Below, piece after piece: positions 1 through 15,809 of a stretch of DNA of 64,000 nucleotides. The notes under the pieces are model-generated. The model was given only the letters and a program-made list of their open reading frames with translations. It did no database searches and had not been told where the DNA came from. Made by a program: the position numbers and the translations under genes. Each line of letters starts with the position of its first letter. Position 1 is the first letter of the stretch. The DNA comes from Lama guanicoe (Eukaryota), in assembly GCA_013239625.1 (NCBI GenBank), contig MU053810.1:3938071-4002070 (forward strand), written 5' to 3'.

Positions 1-59
1 ATTATCTAAAGAAGCTTTCAAGCACATGCAGCAAGGCACAGGAAGTGAGCATCTTCCGA

Positions 60-545
60 ACCTGAAAGCAAAATTAAACATGACATGAAAGAAGTCAATC
101 ACACAAGAGCACATATTGTACAATCCCATTTATATAAAATGTTCAGAATAGGTAAATCTGTAGAGATAGTAGACTAGAGGTTGCAGGAGGTTTGGAACAG
201 GAGACGGAAGGGAGAAGGGAGAAACAGAGTGACTACTGATGGGTACAAGCTTTCCTTCTGGGGGTGATGAAAATGTTTTAAAATTAGATTATGATGATGG
301 TTGCACAACTCTGTAAATATAATAACAGCCACTGAACTGTACACTTTGTTTTTAAATTTTAATTACTTTTTTTTTGTTTGAGGGGGTTATCAGGTTGGTT
401 TGTTTATTTATTTATTCTTAATGGCGATAACTGGGGGACTGAACCCAGGACTTCATGCATGCTAAGCACACACTCCCCGTGTACACTTGAAATGAGTGAA
501 TTTTATGCTATATAAATTATATCTCAATAAAGCTGCTGAAAAATC
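60..545 (+). mobile_element. Old L1 (L1MB/MC-like) 3' end
   Basis: GGGGTGATGAAAATGTT...GATGGTTGCACAACTCTGTAAATA...TTATATCTCAATAAAGCTG typical of L1M 3' UTRs. Confidence 0.75.
347..479 (-). mobile_element. tRNA-derived camelid-type SINE (truncated) inserted in an L1 3' end
   Basis: Reverse complement of GCTTAGCATGCATGAAGTCCTGGGTTCAGTCCCC plus T-rich tail; TSD TGTACACTT at 338-346 and 480-488. Confidence 0.85.
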
Positions 546-1092
546 AATGGTTTCCATCTACATCAAAATAGACTCTTAAAATATGGCTAAAAACGATTTC
601 ATTCTCTAAAGACATAAAATATAATATTTAGGAAAAACTTAGTTCCATGAAAAAGATACTCAATGTACGCAAATAAACTATGAAACTTTATTGAGATACA
701 TGAAGACATAGGGAATCAAAAAAATATTCTTGGATAGGAAGATTGACAATTATAAAGGATACAAACTTCTTCCAAAACTCATGAATAAATTTCCAACCAG
801 TTTCATTTGAATACAAATGCTAAGGGAGGCCTTTATGGAAAAGAAGTAGATATAATTATTTAAAAATTAATCTGGATGAATACAAAAGCAAAGACATTTT
901 TGGGAAGAAGAACTAATGAAAAAAGACCCAAACATACCAGATATTAAAACGTATTATAATGGTAAAATATTAAATACCAAAGAAAGCAATGGATAGATAT
1001 AATACTGCATAGGTAATCTTAACATAGAGCCACAAAACAGCAGAAATAACCTTGAGATAAATGATTATTTATCTGATTACTGATGTATGATG

Positions 1093-1682
1093 AATGTTAA
1101 GTTAGTTAAACATGGAGGCCATCAAACTGAGGTGGCTGTAATACCTTCACAGCCTACGTAAGCAAACCTGTGCCTGTAAATGCCTCAAGGTTAATAAATT
1201 AATACCTGAGGACAACCAGTCACAAACAGCCAACTAGCCTTTTCCACAGAAGGCAAACACTTAAGCTACAGCCAATCAAATAATTCCCTTCCTTTGCTTC
1301 CACCTTTCCTCTATAAGTTTTTCCCCTGACTCCCGTGTTGCAGCGCTCCTAAACAATTCTGTTCTATTGCTGCCTGACTTGAATCAATTTTTGCACAAAT
1401 AAATTCATTAAAAATACTCGTACCATTTATATATTCCCTCTCATTTTATTGAAATACAATAAACAGACAATATTATATTAGTTTCAGGTGTTCAACATAG
1501 TGGTTCAATATTTGTGTACATTACCAAATAATCACAGTAAGTCTAGTTACCATCTGTCACCATACAAACTTATTACAATATCATTGACTAGAGTCCCTAC
1601 TCCTTACATTACCTCCCCATGACTTATTTATTTTTGCTGAAATAAACTTAAAAATTTAATATGCCTCAGTTTATCATTTAAT
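1093..1682 (+). mobile_element. ERV-type solo LTR interrupted by an antisense L1 3' fragment (~1440-1635)
   Basis: TG start, CCAAT/TATA-like and AATAAA elements; L1 fragment TTTCAGGTGTTCAACATAGTGG inside. Confidence 0.6.
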
Positions 1683-2607
1683 ATGATGGAAACATCATAT
1701 ATCAACAGAAAAGGAAAAGTTCCTAAACAAAAGATATTGGGAAAATTGCTTATTAATTTGAAAGCTAGTGACAGTCTCCCAAACTTTTATTCCTCCAGTC
1801 TTTCTAAGGGTTTTATATGCTCCCAAATCCCTCTGTTCTGAGGGACCCAGAGTAGTGTGTTTTCTTATCTGAATCAGAGCTGATACATTTCCAAGACCAA
1901 AAAAAGAAAAGGTGGTGTAAGTTTTAGTAAAATACTTTCTTTTATCTGCAAATAAAGTACTATATCACACAAGAAATTGTTTTAATAGTTAAAAAGATTT
2001 AAAACCTTGCTCTATAGCTGAAAAAAACACTTGTATCTGTAACCAGAATTGGTCTCCAGAGGGCAGCAGAGAGTCATTTACGCTTAACCAAAAGTTACCT
2101 CTTAACCAGAAGTGTGTACTTAAGTTGTTTTTTTCAACACTCTTCTATTCTTCCTTATGACTAAGCCTTAACAAACTGGGTGGCCAGGATTTGGAAGGCT
2201 GTCTGAGGTCAGGGAGCAAAGTCATGCCAACAAGCCAAAGCAAAGATCCAAAGAATCACTTCTGTATCTTTAAACCAATTCTTTCTCTTGATAAACCAAC
2301 GAACCACAATTAATACACAGTTGGCTAAGCGTATTTAACCAGCACATGTTTATGAAACACTGATGCATATAAAGTATTTAATCTTTTCAGAGTTTTCTAC
2401 TCCTAGACATACAAAAAGCACATAGAAACACTGACAGTCACTTATTTTGCCATATTTTTTGAGTACTTGATATGCACTAGAAGTTTATCAGTGATCCAGA
2501 AATTGTTGAAAACACAAAGAACTATAAAAAGTATCTTCCAAAAAAAAATCATGTTATTTTGACTTTCTCTTTGTAAACAAAAATTCTGGATAACACAGGT
2601 GAAATGT

Positions 2608-2755
2608 GGGGGAGAGGGTATATAGCTGAAGTGGTAGAGCACATGCTTAGCATGCACGAGGTCCCGTGCACAAGGTCCTGGGTTCAATCCCCAGTACTTC
2701 CTCTAAAAATAGATAAATAAATAAATCTAATTACCCCCCCACCAAGTAATTTTTT
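2608..2755 (+). mobile_element. tRNA-derived camelid-type SINE
   Basis: GGGGAGAGGGTATATAGCT..GTGGTAGAGC (A box), GGTTCAATCCC (B box), AAAT-rich tail and C run. Confidence 0.88.
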
Positions 2756-2779
2756 TTAAGAAAGGAAATATAATTCAGA

Positions 2780-4069
2780 ATGAACCATAAATAAATAAAT
2801 AATTTTTTAAATCAAAGGAAAATACTAAAAAAAAAATTGGTGAAATGCTTCTATAAGCTGACAAAGTAAGGAATGATGAGGCCAAAATTAAGTGCAAAAA
2901 AAAGTGCAGAAATCCAGAGCAGTATGCAGAGCACTGAAGCTGGCCCGCACTGCAGGGCACTACTAGACCCGGTACATTTGAACTTTGGTTTACACCTCTT
3001 TACAGGGCACAGAGAAGAGACAGCACATAGGTCCCCCTCAAAGAGGTGATTCTGGAAAAGTAGGAGACCACTCCACCAAAGGCCATCTCTTCAGCGTTAG
3101 AACGAACTAGAAGTAATCACCTTGAACCCTGTATCTCCTCCCACCCAACTGACAGTGAAATTGCCTCCTGTCTGGAAACTTGGCGCCAAGCACAGAGGAG
3201 GGAAAAATCTTCTGAGTTTTGTAAGCAGGAGATGGCCCACACAGTTTTGTGACCTGCATTCATACCTCTGGGTGGTCTAAAGTGTCTCAAGCTGAGAATT
3301 AGGTTAAAGTGGTCACAGATCCAAGAGTCTCACAGAAGCAAACAAATCTTCTTTACAGAAACCCATCCCTAATCCAGGCCTCAAAGAATTTCCACAGAAA
3401 TATGAGTTCACAGTCAAAAATCATGACCCCGAAAGTAAATGACATATCGTGAGTGACAGTCAACACTAATCAGACCCTCAAAGATGGAAGGCATGGGAAT
3501 TATGGAACATGGACTATCCATCAAGTGCATTTAAATGTATTTATAGAACAAATAGGACATGTTATGGGCAAACAGAAAGTCATTAAAAAATAACCGAACA
3601 TAGAATGTCAACAAGAAAAACTTCTAGTCATAAAAAACAGAAGTGGTATTTTAAAACTCAATGAAAATGCATAAAATAGTAATAAAATATGCAGTGGGGT
3701 TAAAAAATATAGGATTAAAATATACAAGAGCAGTAAGATAGACAGACAGATAAAAAGCCTTTATTCCAACAAATTTTTTGAGTTTAAAGGGAACAGACAA
3801 AGGCCCTAGACAAATAATGTTTCACTATATCTGACTCAAAAGGAATATGAAACCCAAACAGTCCAGTAATCATTAGGTAATTGAATGGGGAGTTCAAAAT
3901 ATGTCAGTCAATGAACCAACCTCTCTAGGCCCAGTTGGCTCCTCTGGCAGTTCTAAATATTTTAGGAAAAAGTAGTTCTAATTTCACACAAATGCTCCTA
4001 GGGAAAAAAATGGGGGTAATGTTTCCCAATTCAGTTTGTGAAACTAGCATAATCCTGAACAAGAATAGA

Positions 4070-4111
<42 letters not shown>

Positions 4112-4560
4112 AAAGAAAAAGGAAAAGTACAACTCACCACATTGATGAATACAGATTTAAAATATCTTAAATAAAATACTAACACACTGAATTCAGGAAC
4201 AAATTTTAAAAACAAACAAACAAGAAGACACCTTATGACCAAGTTGGGCTTAGACAAGGAAAGTAAGGTTGATTTAACATTAAAAATAATTAATTAATTT
4301 TACCACACCAATAGAGTAAGGGGGGAAAAATCATATGGCCTCTCAGTAGATGCATAAAACCCCATATTTTACAAAATTAAAATGCATTCAAAAAAATTTT
4401 TAAAGTCTCTAGCAAAGGAAATAGCCTGATGGTATCTACAGCATTATGTGTAATGTTGAAATACTGTATTCATTCCCTGTAAGATTAGATACAAAATAAA
4501 GATGCCTGCTGTCACCAATTTTACTTAACATTTTACTAGATGCCCCAACAGTGCAGCTGA
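2780..4560 (+). mobile_element. Degraded ancient L1 fragments, including an A39 tract (4071-4109)
   Basis: A-rich strand bias; ORF2-like remnants (GATGCCTGCTGTCACCA, CATATGGCCTCTCAGTAGATGCA). Confidence 0.6.
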
Positions 4561-4565
4561 CAGAA

Positions 4566-4590
4566 ATGAATGAATGAATGAATGAATGAA
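4566..4590. repeat. (GAAT)n microsatellite
   Basis: Direct read. Confidence 0.9.
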
Positions 4591-4606
4591 GAAATGGTGT
4601 AAGAAC

Positions 4607-5146
4607 TGTAGGACAGCAAAATTTGCCATCCCAAAATGTGTCTCTTTGGCAAAAGGATTAACTGGGCAGATTATTTTTAAGAAACAGAAGACTCAGAAAG
4701 GTTTTCTTGTTACCTCCCCCTTAACTGCCTAAAGAATGTAGAGAAAGGGCCTGTTTCCAGAAAAGAGCTATCAATAGAGCTATCTGTAAAGAATGTGGGC
4801 GAGGTGTGGTGGGGGAACCTTGCGCAGGGCCTAGAAATCAGAGTCCACTCTGTGTCCCACTGTCTCTGTCTGGCCCAGCAAACATGTGTTTACCAAACAT
4901 TTGCTTTTCCATTTCCATTTCCTTCATCCCCTTTGAAGTCCCAGACCGTACCCCTCAACATCCTCTTGTCTTCAGCTGAAGATGATACTTAAAGTGCGTT
5001 ACTCAGCTTCCCTGGGTCTTTCCCACATGTACATGTCACTAAACTTTTGTTTGATTTTCTCCTGTTAATCTGTTTCATGTCAATTTAATTCTTACAGCAG
5101 CCAGAAGAACTTAGAAGGGCAGAAGGAATTATCTTCCTCCCTAACA
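4607..5146 (+). mobile_element. ERV1 solo LTR (MER34-like)
   Basis: TGTAGG...GCCATCCCAAAATGTGTCTCTTTGGC start and TTCCTCCCTAACA end; homologous to LTRs at ~15995-16883 and 22491-23014. Confidence 0.7.
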
Positions 5147-5479
5147 CAGACTTATTTTAAAATGTATATGGAAGAACAAAGAGCTGTGAGTGCTCAAGCC
5201 ACTCCTGAAGAAGGAAAGAAAGTGAGACAACTTATCTTACTAAACACCTAAAATTAAGTATTAATGTGAACAGAGAGGGTCATATTTTGCCTAAGATCAC
5301 ACAGCAATTAAGTGGCAGAGGATTCGAACCTGAGAAGATGGACTCTGGAGTCCTTGTTCTGAAATGCACACTGTGCTAACTCAGAGCTGTTATGCTGTAT
5401 CACGCTGGTAGAACCATAAGAGAAGTAATTTAGCCAACAAACATCATTAAGAAACTGCTTACTGATGTGAGAGTTGGGA

Positions 5480-6530
5480 TCCTGTCCCAGCCATCTACTT
5501 ACTGCTACATAACACATCTCTTCAAACTTAGCAGCACCCAACAACAACTACTTATTGTGCTCACAAACTCTGTGGGGCAAGGGATTGGGACAGGAATAGC
5601 AGGATGGCTTGTCCTCGCTCCATAATGCCAGGACCCCAGGTGGAAAGACGAAATGGCTGGGGGCTGGATGACCTGAAGGCTGGGCTCAGTTGGGCCTGTG
5701 GACCCAGTACCCACATGCAGACCCTCCAAATGGCTTGGGCTCTCAGAAGGAGAGACTCTAGACAGCAAACACTGAGGCTACAGGATGTAGTTCTTGTGCC
5801 TTGGATGTCACTTCCTCCACATTCCGTCCTTAGGGCCAAGTCACTAAGGCCAGACTAGATGTAGGGATGGGGAATCAGGCTTTACCTCTGGTGGAGGAGG
5901 AGCAAGGTAACCGTGCAGAAGAGCAGGTGAGTGGGAGACAGTGTCAGGGCTGCCTTTGGGAACACAATTTGGCCCAGAGTCACAGAGACTGTTGACAGAG
6001 CAATGGGGTCTGGGATATTTTCAGCCTTAAGTAACAGAACATGCAACTAACAGTGCCTTAAATACTAAGGGGGTTATTGTCTCATGAAATGAAAGGGCCA
6101 GAGGCAGGGCAAGTCCAGAGTTATTTAGTTGCTCAGTGATGTCACCAAGGAACCCAGTGCTTCCTGTGTTTCCTCTCTGCTACCCTGTACACATCCAGAG
6201 TATCTTAGTCCTCAGTTCAACTGGCTACAGCAATTCCAAGCCTCAGAAGGAGACATAATAATGTCACGCAGATCAACAGAGGGTGTTTTTTCCCATCAGT
6301 CTCTTTCAGTTAAACAACAACAACAACAACAGCAAAAACCTCCTTTTCCAAACACAGTCAACTTATTTTCCGGTCACATTGGACCAGCCCTTGCCCTTGC
6401 TCACGTCGTGGCTGAAAAGGAAGCTGAGAAAGAAAGGATCTAGCATTTTGACTTCGTAGTAAGAAGTGCCTCTGCTAATTAAAAAACAGGACGAGGAAGA
6501 AGAATGACAGTGGTGCCATCAGTACCAGCA
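5480..6530 (-). mobile_element. MaLR (MLT1-like) LTR remnants, two adjacent
   Basis: CTGCTACATAACA...AACTTAGCAGC and GGCCAAGTCACTAAGGCCAG motifs typical of antisense MLT1. Confidence 0.6.
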
Positions 6531-7261
6531 ACCATCCATCAGTTTAGTAGTTATTAGCCGATGGCTAATTACATACCAGGCGCAGTGCTAAGAGGCGGGG
6601 CTTACCAGTGAGTAAGGTGAGCAGCCCCGTCCTCATAGGGCTTACAGTCCAGCACAGAACAGAGACATGTAACGAGCAAACACATAATTAAATACAAATG
6701 CATCAAGGGCTATGAAAAAAAGGTGCGCAATCAATGCACAATTTGCTGTAAATAAAGTAACATATCTTCATGGGAACATAGCAAAGAGAAAGACAAGAGC
6801 ATAGTTGTAAGTACTAAAAGAATTGCAAGGTGCTTAGTAAGACTGAAAAATAATCACTGGAAATGACCTGGCCGATAGACGTGTCCCCGTCATTAGATAA
6901 AGTTACTCCACTGAGGGTCTGAGACTGTTCACTGGGATTCACCACAGACCTGACAAACTTTCTCTAGCGACTACTATCTGATCTTCTACCCAACTGCATG
7001 CTCCCCAAAGTTCGGATGACTTCATCACTTACCCAGGTGCACCAGACACCAGACTGGAATTTTCCAGTCTCTGGAAAAGTTCTATGTGTCACCATAAAGT
7101 GTTATTTTGGTCAATTTAAACTGAACATGAGTAGCCTTAGATCTGACCCCCCTTTGGTGACCTGAAAACTGAGGAATCAGATCTTCAAAGCTAAAAACAC
7201 TGACAGGGAGCCCGGGGTGAGACCCACACTGTGTAATTCCCGGGTTATAAAGCCCTTCTCA

Positions 7262-7393
<132 letters not shown>

Positions 7394-8074
7394 CTACAAT
7401 ATATTTCCAAATACAATTCTCCCACCTCCAAGGGAAGGGCTCAGTATACAAGCAGCATTCAAATCCTCGCACTTCCTTGAAAACCTCAGTTCATAATCAT
7501 TTCCCCCACCCTACAGCAATTACAACACATTCCACTGTTAATCACACTTCACCAAGAGCAATCGAGAGCTCATGTGGATAAAATAAATACAGATAATGAG
7601 AACATTTTATTTTACCTTACATATCAAAGTCTTTTTAGTGTCTTAGAAATTCTTTTTAAAGTAGTGAAATCTATTTGGAATTCACATTTTCTTCTGGTCC
7701 TTGTACTTTTTGGATGGATTTTGCTCATGAAAAGAAATCCAGAGCCGTTAATCCGCAAGCCAGAGTCATTTTCTGATTAATCAAATTATTTGATCCTGTC
7801 TGTTATGGATAGCAATGAAAGGTAGCACTTTTGAAAAAAAAACCTTGATTCTTACCAATTTTGATTCTAACATGGACTGTATACAACAAATGGGCTTTAG
7901 AATCAGGCAGAACTGGATTTCAATGTCACTGTACAACTTACCGTCTGACTTTAAGCAAGTGACTTAACCTGGGTGGCTCCATTTCCTTATCTGTAGAGCA
8001 GGGATAACAGGATTTCCACTTGTAGATTGTTGAGGGACTTAAAGAGGAGATGCATTTAAAAAGGTATCTTGAAG

Positions 8075-9318
<1,244 letters not shown>

Positions 9319-9336
9319 AAAAAGGTATCTTGAAGT

Positions 9337-9478
9337 GGGGAGGGTATAGCTCAGTGGGAGAGCATGTGCTTAGCAGGCACAAGGTCCTGGGTTCAGTCCC
9401 CAGTACCTCCATTAAAAAACAATTAAAATAAGTAAATAAACCTTATTACCCCCCCCACAAAAAAACATAAAATAAAAT
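9337..9478 (+). mobile_element. tRNA-derived camelid-type SINE abutting the UBE2D3 retrocopy
   Basis: GGGGAGGGTATAGCTCAGTGG...GGTTCAGTCCCCAGTACCTCC, A-rich tail, followed by a diverged target-site copy at 9479-9496. Confidence 0.9.
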
Positions 9479-9838
9479 AAAAGGTACTTTGAATTGTGTA
9501 GTAAACAACACGTGGGCTTTTTGTTTTACAGCAGGAAAATAACACTGATGTCTGTTCCTAATAACAAGTAAATATGCCAATCTGACCGAAGGCTTTAGGA
9601 AGTTCCTCAAAGCAGCAGTTTTTATGTTCTTGGCTCCTACAGAGCCATTAAGCGTAAATAAGATCACATAAAATTGTAGTTAAGGGCTGGAATTCAAGTA
9701 CCAAACTGTCTGGCCTGGAACCTAAACCCTGCTGGTTTACTAATGGGTGAGCTAGAACAAGTGATTTAACCTTTCTGTGCCTCAATTTCCTCATCTGTAG
9801 AAGAGGTATAATATAACTGGACCTACTTCATCAGGTTA

Positions 9839-10222
<384 letters not shown>

Positions 10223-11873
10223 TTACTGTAGAGAGTAAGGGCCCTCTGTGTAAAGATTCCAGCAACTGGCCTGGTTCTGGGCAGGTAACCTGGGTGCCTG
10301 GTCAGGGGCCTGTCCCAAATCTAAGGCTCCCTCTTGAATATCGTGTACATTGGGGGGTGTCCAGTTAATCTGCTCAACTACTGAATGCTAATGGAGGAAG
10401 GGACAGGAGGGTCCTAGCAGTTTCATCCCATCTGCCACACCTCAAAAAACTACCAAAAGAAAAAATAGTTTTCAAGATGTGGCTTTCAGATCAGAAAAGA
10501 TGGGCAAGAATCAACAATTGTTGTGACTTCACCAGCCAAGTACCTAAATATATAACCAGCATGTTGACTAAGAACCATTATCATCCAAACACAATGTACT
10601 TTTGTCTCCCACCACCTATTTAAAATGCATTCACAAGGTAACTCCACCCTGAATGGAAACTGTAGGCAGTTCGTGCTCAGGGTTCTTGAGAACAGAAAGT
10701 CGTACCATCACTCAAAACACAGCCTCAAAGTAGCATTTAGAATGTGACATTTCCAACTTCATTCATGGGTAAGGCTGCTCCCTGTACTCCAAGCCAAGGG
10801 CAGGAGTTGACAGCTACCGGTCTCTAAGGAAAAGAGTGGGATTCACTCCTGAGCTCTGTCCTTTCTCTCTTCCTCCCCCAGACCCAGCTGGGGTGTCTCC
10901 ACCACGGACAAGGCAGAGGGGATAGAGAGGCACAGCTGTGCCCACCTGGCGGGGGGGCTTCACCCTGGTCTGGCAGGACATGAGAACTAACCCTTCTTCC
11001 CTTGGGCACCGACGATACTGCTTCTCTAGAGATGCCCGCTCAGGGACCCTCTCTCCCGTGGATGCATGTTGACCAAAGATGCTTCTCTACTCTGGGTGGT
11101 CACTGCAACTCCATCCTCAGCCCCCATGAATCTAGGGTTCTCCTTCTTCTCCCTGCTGTGGGGGGATCTTTGTCTTTCTAGATCTCTCCACTGGATAAGA
11201 CTCAGAATGGCCCCATGCTGGCACTCTCTCTCTCTCTTTTTGTCTCATTGGCTACATATGGTCCACAGGAAGCAATCACATCCCTCACTCCAACAACTCG
11301 GCAAGTGCAGGCTGATCCCAGCTTAAGTCCTTCCACTTTCTTCAAACCCCATTTTCGCTTCCTCGCACATGAATCAGCTCCAGTCCTCTGAGTCTTCCAA
11401 CAGCAGCAAATACATTTCAGGTTCCACAGAAGCCCGCCTTACTGGCTTAGAGCTGAGCAAGAACCCTTCTGCTACCCCTCTCCCACAAAGAGCATGGCAC
11501 TAGTGCCATCTAAAGAACCGGCTTCAATTTCCCCCTTCACCTCCTGACCCCCCCCCTTTTAAAAATTTATCCTCGGTCTGATTCAAGAGCTAAGAGTCAT
11601 TGATCTGAGGTACAACATCCTCTTGGCAAATTCTGCAAATGGGATGTCACACCCCCTTAGGGACTGGATGCCTTGTATACTAGCAATCTGGGTAGGATCT
11701 CAATTTTGGGATCCAGATACCACGTGGAAGGTTTTCTTTTGCAGATGAGGACATCAATGCCTTGAGAGGTTAAGTGACCGACCAGCTCAACACGATGTGG
11801 CTGGTAAACGGGAGGTCCAGGTTTGAACTTGAAGATCGATCAATAGAGAGAAAAAAGATTTTTAAAAAATGTT

Positions 11874-12266
11874 TAATGAATAGAGTACAGGGCCTTGTTA
11901 GACAATAATCGAGGGTCTGACACAGGAGTAATCAGAGAAGGAGAGGATAAAATCGTAGTAGAGAATAACCTTTGTTTTGTGGGAGGTTTACAGGGACACC
12001 ATGACCTGGCCCATGGGGATGGCTGCAAGAACAAAGACTGCCTGCAGCAAGAAGATTACAACCACCAACCACCCCCCCTCCCTTATTTTTTGTATAGAAG
12101 GAGCCTGTATTCTCACTAGAGCAGGGTGGTTCTCCAAGACATTAGTCTGCCATCCTCTTGGTCTGCCAGCTTTCCAAATAAAGTCGCTATTCCTTGCCCC
12201 AACACCTCGTCTCCCAATTTACTGGCCTGTCTTGTGGAGAGCAGAATGAGTTTGGACTCAGCAACA
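11874..12266 (+). mobile_element. ERV1-type solo LTR
   Basis: AATAAAGTCGCTATTCCTTGCCCCAACACCTCGTCTC...GGACTCAGCAACA end; TGTT TSD at 11870-11873 and 12267-12270. Confidence 0.75.
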
Positions 12267-12279
12267 TGTTGGCCAAAAA

Positions 12280-15060
12280 TCTCCCCGTTTTGGTGAAAGG
12301 TTCTAAAAGCTGAACAAACCTTCAGCAGGATAAATACACACAAACCATACCTAGGCACTTGGGTACATAAGAATTACATGGCTGAAAACCTAAGGTAAAA
12401 AGATCTTGAACGTTAGAAAACACTTGGAACGATTAACGTTTTCTTTTCAGAAACTACGGAAGCCAGAAGAGCAATTTTCAAGTGAAAGAAACACAAAAAA
12501 CAAACAAACACCAAAAAACTTGTCTGCCCAGAATGCGATATTCAACGTGAAGACATTTTAAATAAAACTATGAGAATCCATTGCCCAAATACTTATAGTA
12601 CAAGAATTGTTAGAGAAGGTTCTTCAGGCTAAGAAGACATGTCATGGGCTGGAAACTACCTCTTTAGGGAAAAAGGAAGAGCACTGGAAATGGTAAATAT
12701 CCAGGTGAATATAAAGACCAGTTTTTCCTTTTTAGTTTAAAATATGTATGATTGTCTAAAGCACGTTATAACTTGCATCTGTAACATATGTAGATGTAAT
12801 AATACACATGATAACCGCAGCAGAGGGCAGGCGAGGGTGGTAAGTGCACCTACGCAGTTGAAAGGTTACTACAGGTCACTTGAAGTTGTGCAAGATTAAC
12901 GTTAAGTAGACTGTGATCTTTGCTGAAAGAAGGATCCAACGAGTTTTAGGATCAATGGAAATTAAGCTCAAAAATAAGTACTGAGATATAAGAAGAAATG
13001 GTGAGCAAAGAAATTGGTGAAGGTGAGCACATAAAAAACTAACATTAACTGTATAAAATAATGATATGAATAAGCAACTGTAAAATAGTTGGGGAAGAGG
13101 GTAGACCTAAAACACTTGACAATAATCATATGTCAGACAGAGGGGGCGATTATAGATAAAGGTACTATGTTTCTTGGATTGTTGACACAAATTAGAAATT
13201 CTACTTAACTGCAGACACAGTAAAACCAGGTACGCAAGTTCACATTGGAGGACAACCATTAAAGAAGAAAGATAAAATGACTGACTTGATTTCTAGCAGA
13301 AGAGAGAACAGGAACTAAAGAAAGTTTATCAATTCAGTGGAAAGCAGGGCGGGGCTTTTTACCTTTTCCATTTCCCTGGCATAATCATGAAGACTGACCT
13401 CGCACAAAGCCTTAGGTCAAGTCACAACAAACACTAAATAATTTGTCTCACAAAGACTGTTCACTGACAACAAAGCACTGGAGTTAAAACTCAACAACAA
13501 AACAGTAACTAAAAAGCATGCTTGGAGAGCTAACAAAGCAGGGAAGGAGAAAAAAGAAATATAGATAAAAAAGAAGGTACAGGGTGGGGAGGTGGGGAGG
13601 AAGGGATAAACTGGGGGTTCGAGATTTGCAGATACTGACTGGTATATACAAAATAGATAAACAAGTTTATACTGTATAACACAGGGAAATATATTCAATA
13701 TTTTGTAGTAGCTCATGGAGAAAAAGAATAAGAAAATGAATATATGTATATTCATGTATGACTGAAGAATTGTGCTGTACATCAGAAATTGATGCAACAC
13801 TGTAAACTGACTATACCTCAATAAAAAAATAAGAAAAAAAAGGTAAATGGGAATTACAGAGTAGAGTTGGCATAAAAATAAAAATATATCAGTAATCATA
13901 ATCAATACAAATAGAACAAATCACCTGTTAAAAGAGATCATTAGATTGGAATTTTTGAAAACTAGCTGAAGGCTGGAAATGGAGCAGCCATCTTGTGACT
14001 ATGAGGTCGGAAATATGAAAGCAAAAGCCATGCACTAATGATGGAGCTGTGAAAAGATAAAACAAATCTGGTACACAGGTGACATCAGGAGCTACTGCCC
14101 TAACCCCAGACTGTTTAACCCAAGACTTCTCGCTACTTAAGTCAGTAGAGTTGCATTGTTATACATAGAGCTATATGCCAACCCAACTGATACTCAGCTC
14201 CAATTCAAGGAATAAGAAAAAGAAAAACAGAGTAAACCCAAAGATAGTAGAAAGAATTAAATAATAAAAACAGAAATGTATGAACTAGAAAATAATGATA
14301 TGATAAGAGAGGATTAATAAATCCAAAAATTGAGTCTCTGAAAAAAAATTAACAAAATAGATAACATTGTCAGGATTCATCAAAAAAAGAGTGAAGGTAT
14401 GCAGACAACAATAAGAATTTTAAGGGAAACATAACTACAGATTCAATAAAGGTTTAAAAATAATAAGTGATGACAATAATCAACATCACAACTGATAATC
14501 AGAAAATTTAGCAAAATTAATATTTTGTAGAAAAATGTAACATCAAACTGACCCAAGAAGATTTAAGAAAACCTTAACATAACTATAACAAAACAACAAT
14601 AGCAGTAAAAATAAGCAGAGTTTCATGTGCAATTTTACATTGAAGAAATAGCTCATTCCAATCTCATGCCAATTATTCCAGAGAACAGACTAGGGAACAC
14701 TTCTCAATTCATTTTATGACAATTCTATGACTTTGCTACCAAGATTAAACAACAGCATGAGAAGAAAGAAAATTATAGGACAATCTCACTTATGAACATA
14801 GATGGAAAACAATCCTTAGCAAAATAACAGCAAATAATGTAAAGATGCAAAAACAAGCATTGTGGTCCGATTGGGTTCATTCCAAGTTCACTATTCACAA
14901 ACTGAATTTCATCACATCATCAGATAAAGGAGAAAAACCACATGACTCTATGATCATCTCAACAGATCCATGAAAAGCATTCAAATCCAGTCATTCATGA
15001 TTTTTTAAAAATTTCCTTATTAATTAGAAATAAAGGAAACATCTTTAACCTGATTCAAGC
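12280..15060 (+). mobile_element. Degraded L1 ORF1/ORF2 fragments with nested younger L1 3' end (~13580-13835)
   Basis: A-rich ORF2 remnants; nested GGGATAAACTGGGGGTTCGAGATTTGCAGATAC...AACTGACTATACCTCAATAAAA is an artiodactyl-type L1 3' end. Confidence 0.7.
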
Positions 15061-15809
15061 ATATCGTATCAGAATTTGGTTCAGCTGTATTGAAAAATCC
15101 AAACAACAGAAGCCTAAAAGAGAGGAAGGAAGTTTACTTCTCTTTCACTAGGTGGTAAAGATGTCAGAAGACCCTTCTATCTCCTTAGTCCCCTGTATGC
15201 CTCAAAATCATGGTGCACGTGCTGGCATCCATGTTCTAGGCACAGAAAAGAGGAAAGAAAAAGAAAAAAGATGAAGTAGAGAGGGAGGGGAGGAGGGAGT
15301 AAAGGGCAGACAGTGCATGTGGACTATGTCTTAAAGATTCCCCAAAGCAGCCATATAATAATTCCATCTAAATTCTGCTGACCAGAACTTACTTACTGGG
15401 ACACTAGTTGCAAAGAGATAAAGTTATAACACTTTTCTGAAGGCCTAAAAAGAAGGCAGTACATTGGCTAGTGGGTGGGAAGAGAGACATCCTCTAAAGT
15501 GGGAGTACAAGTTGGTATAATTTCTCTGCAGGGCAATTTGGCAACAGCCTTCCAAATGATGAATGCAGGCATCCTTTGACTCAGAAATTTTACTTTTGAG
15601 ATCTGACACCACAGATTGACTGGCATGTGAGGATGTACAGAATTACTCACTGCAGTAAAAGAAACAACTGAAATGTCCATCAGTGGGGGGGGTATCTAAA
15701 TACATGATGTCATTTTGTGACACAATGTACTTGTGAAGTAGATGAGGAAGCCTTCCTTGAACCAATGGACATAAATGATTTCCAAGTTGTGTTGTTAAGT
15801 GAAAAAAAA

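Noticed and set aside
3925..4257. Poly-Lys/poly-Phe ORFs
   Set aside because: Produced by the A39 tract within L1 remnants.
7033..7070. Possible 38-nt exon (ttttccag...TGG|GTAAGT, minus strand) containing a 9-bp inverted repeat
   Set aside because: Short pyrimidine tract, frameshifting length, no homology; such sites and short hairpins are common by chance.
9337..9410. tRNA-like sequences here and at 2608, 18910, 42420
   Set aside because: A/B boxes are followed by SINE tails and TSDs, so these are SINE heads, not tRNA genes.
13417..13905. 162-aa hydrophobic ORF
   Set aside because: Antisense reading of A-rich L1 sequence.
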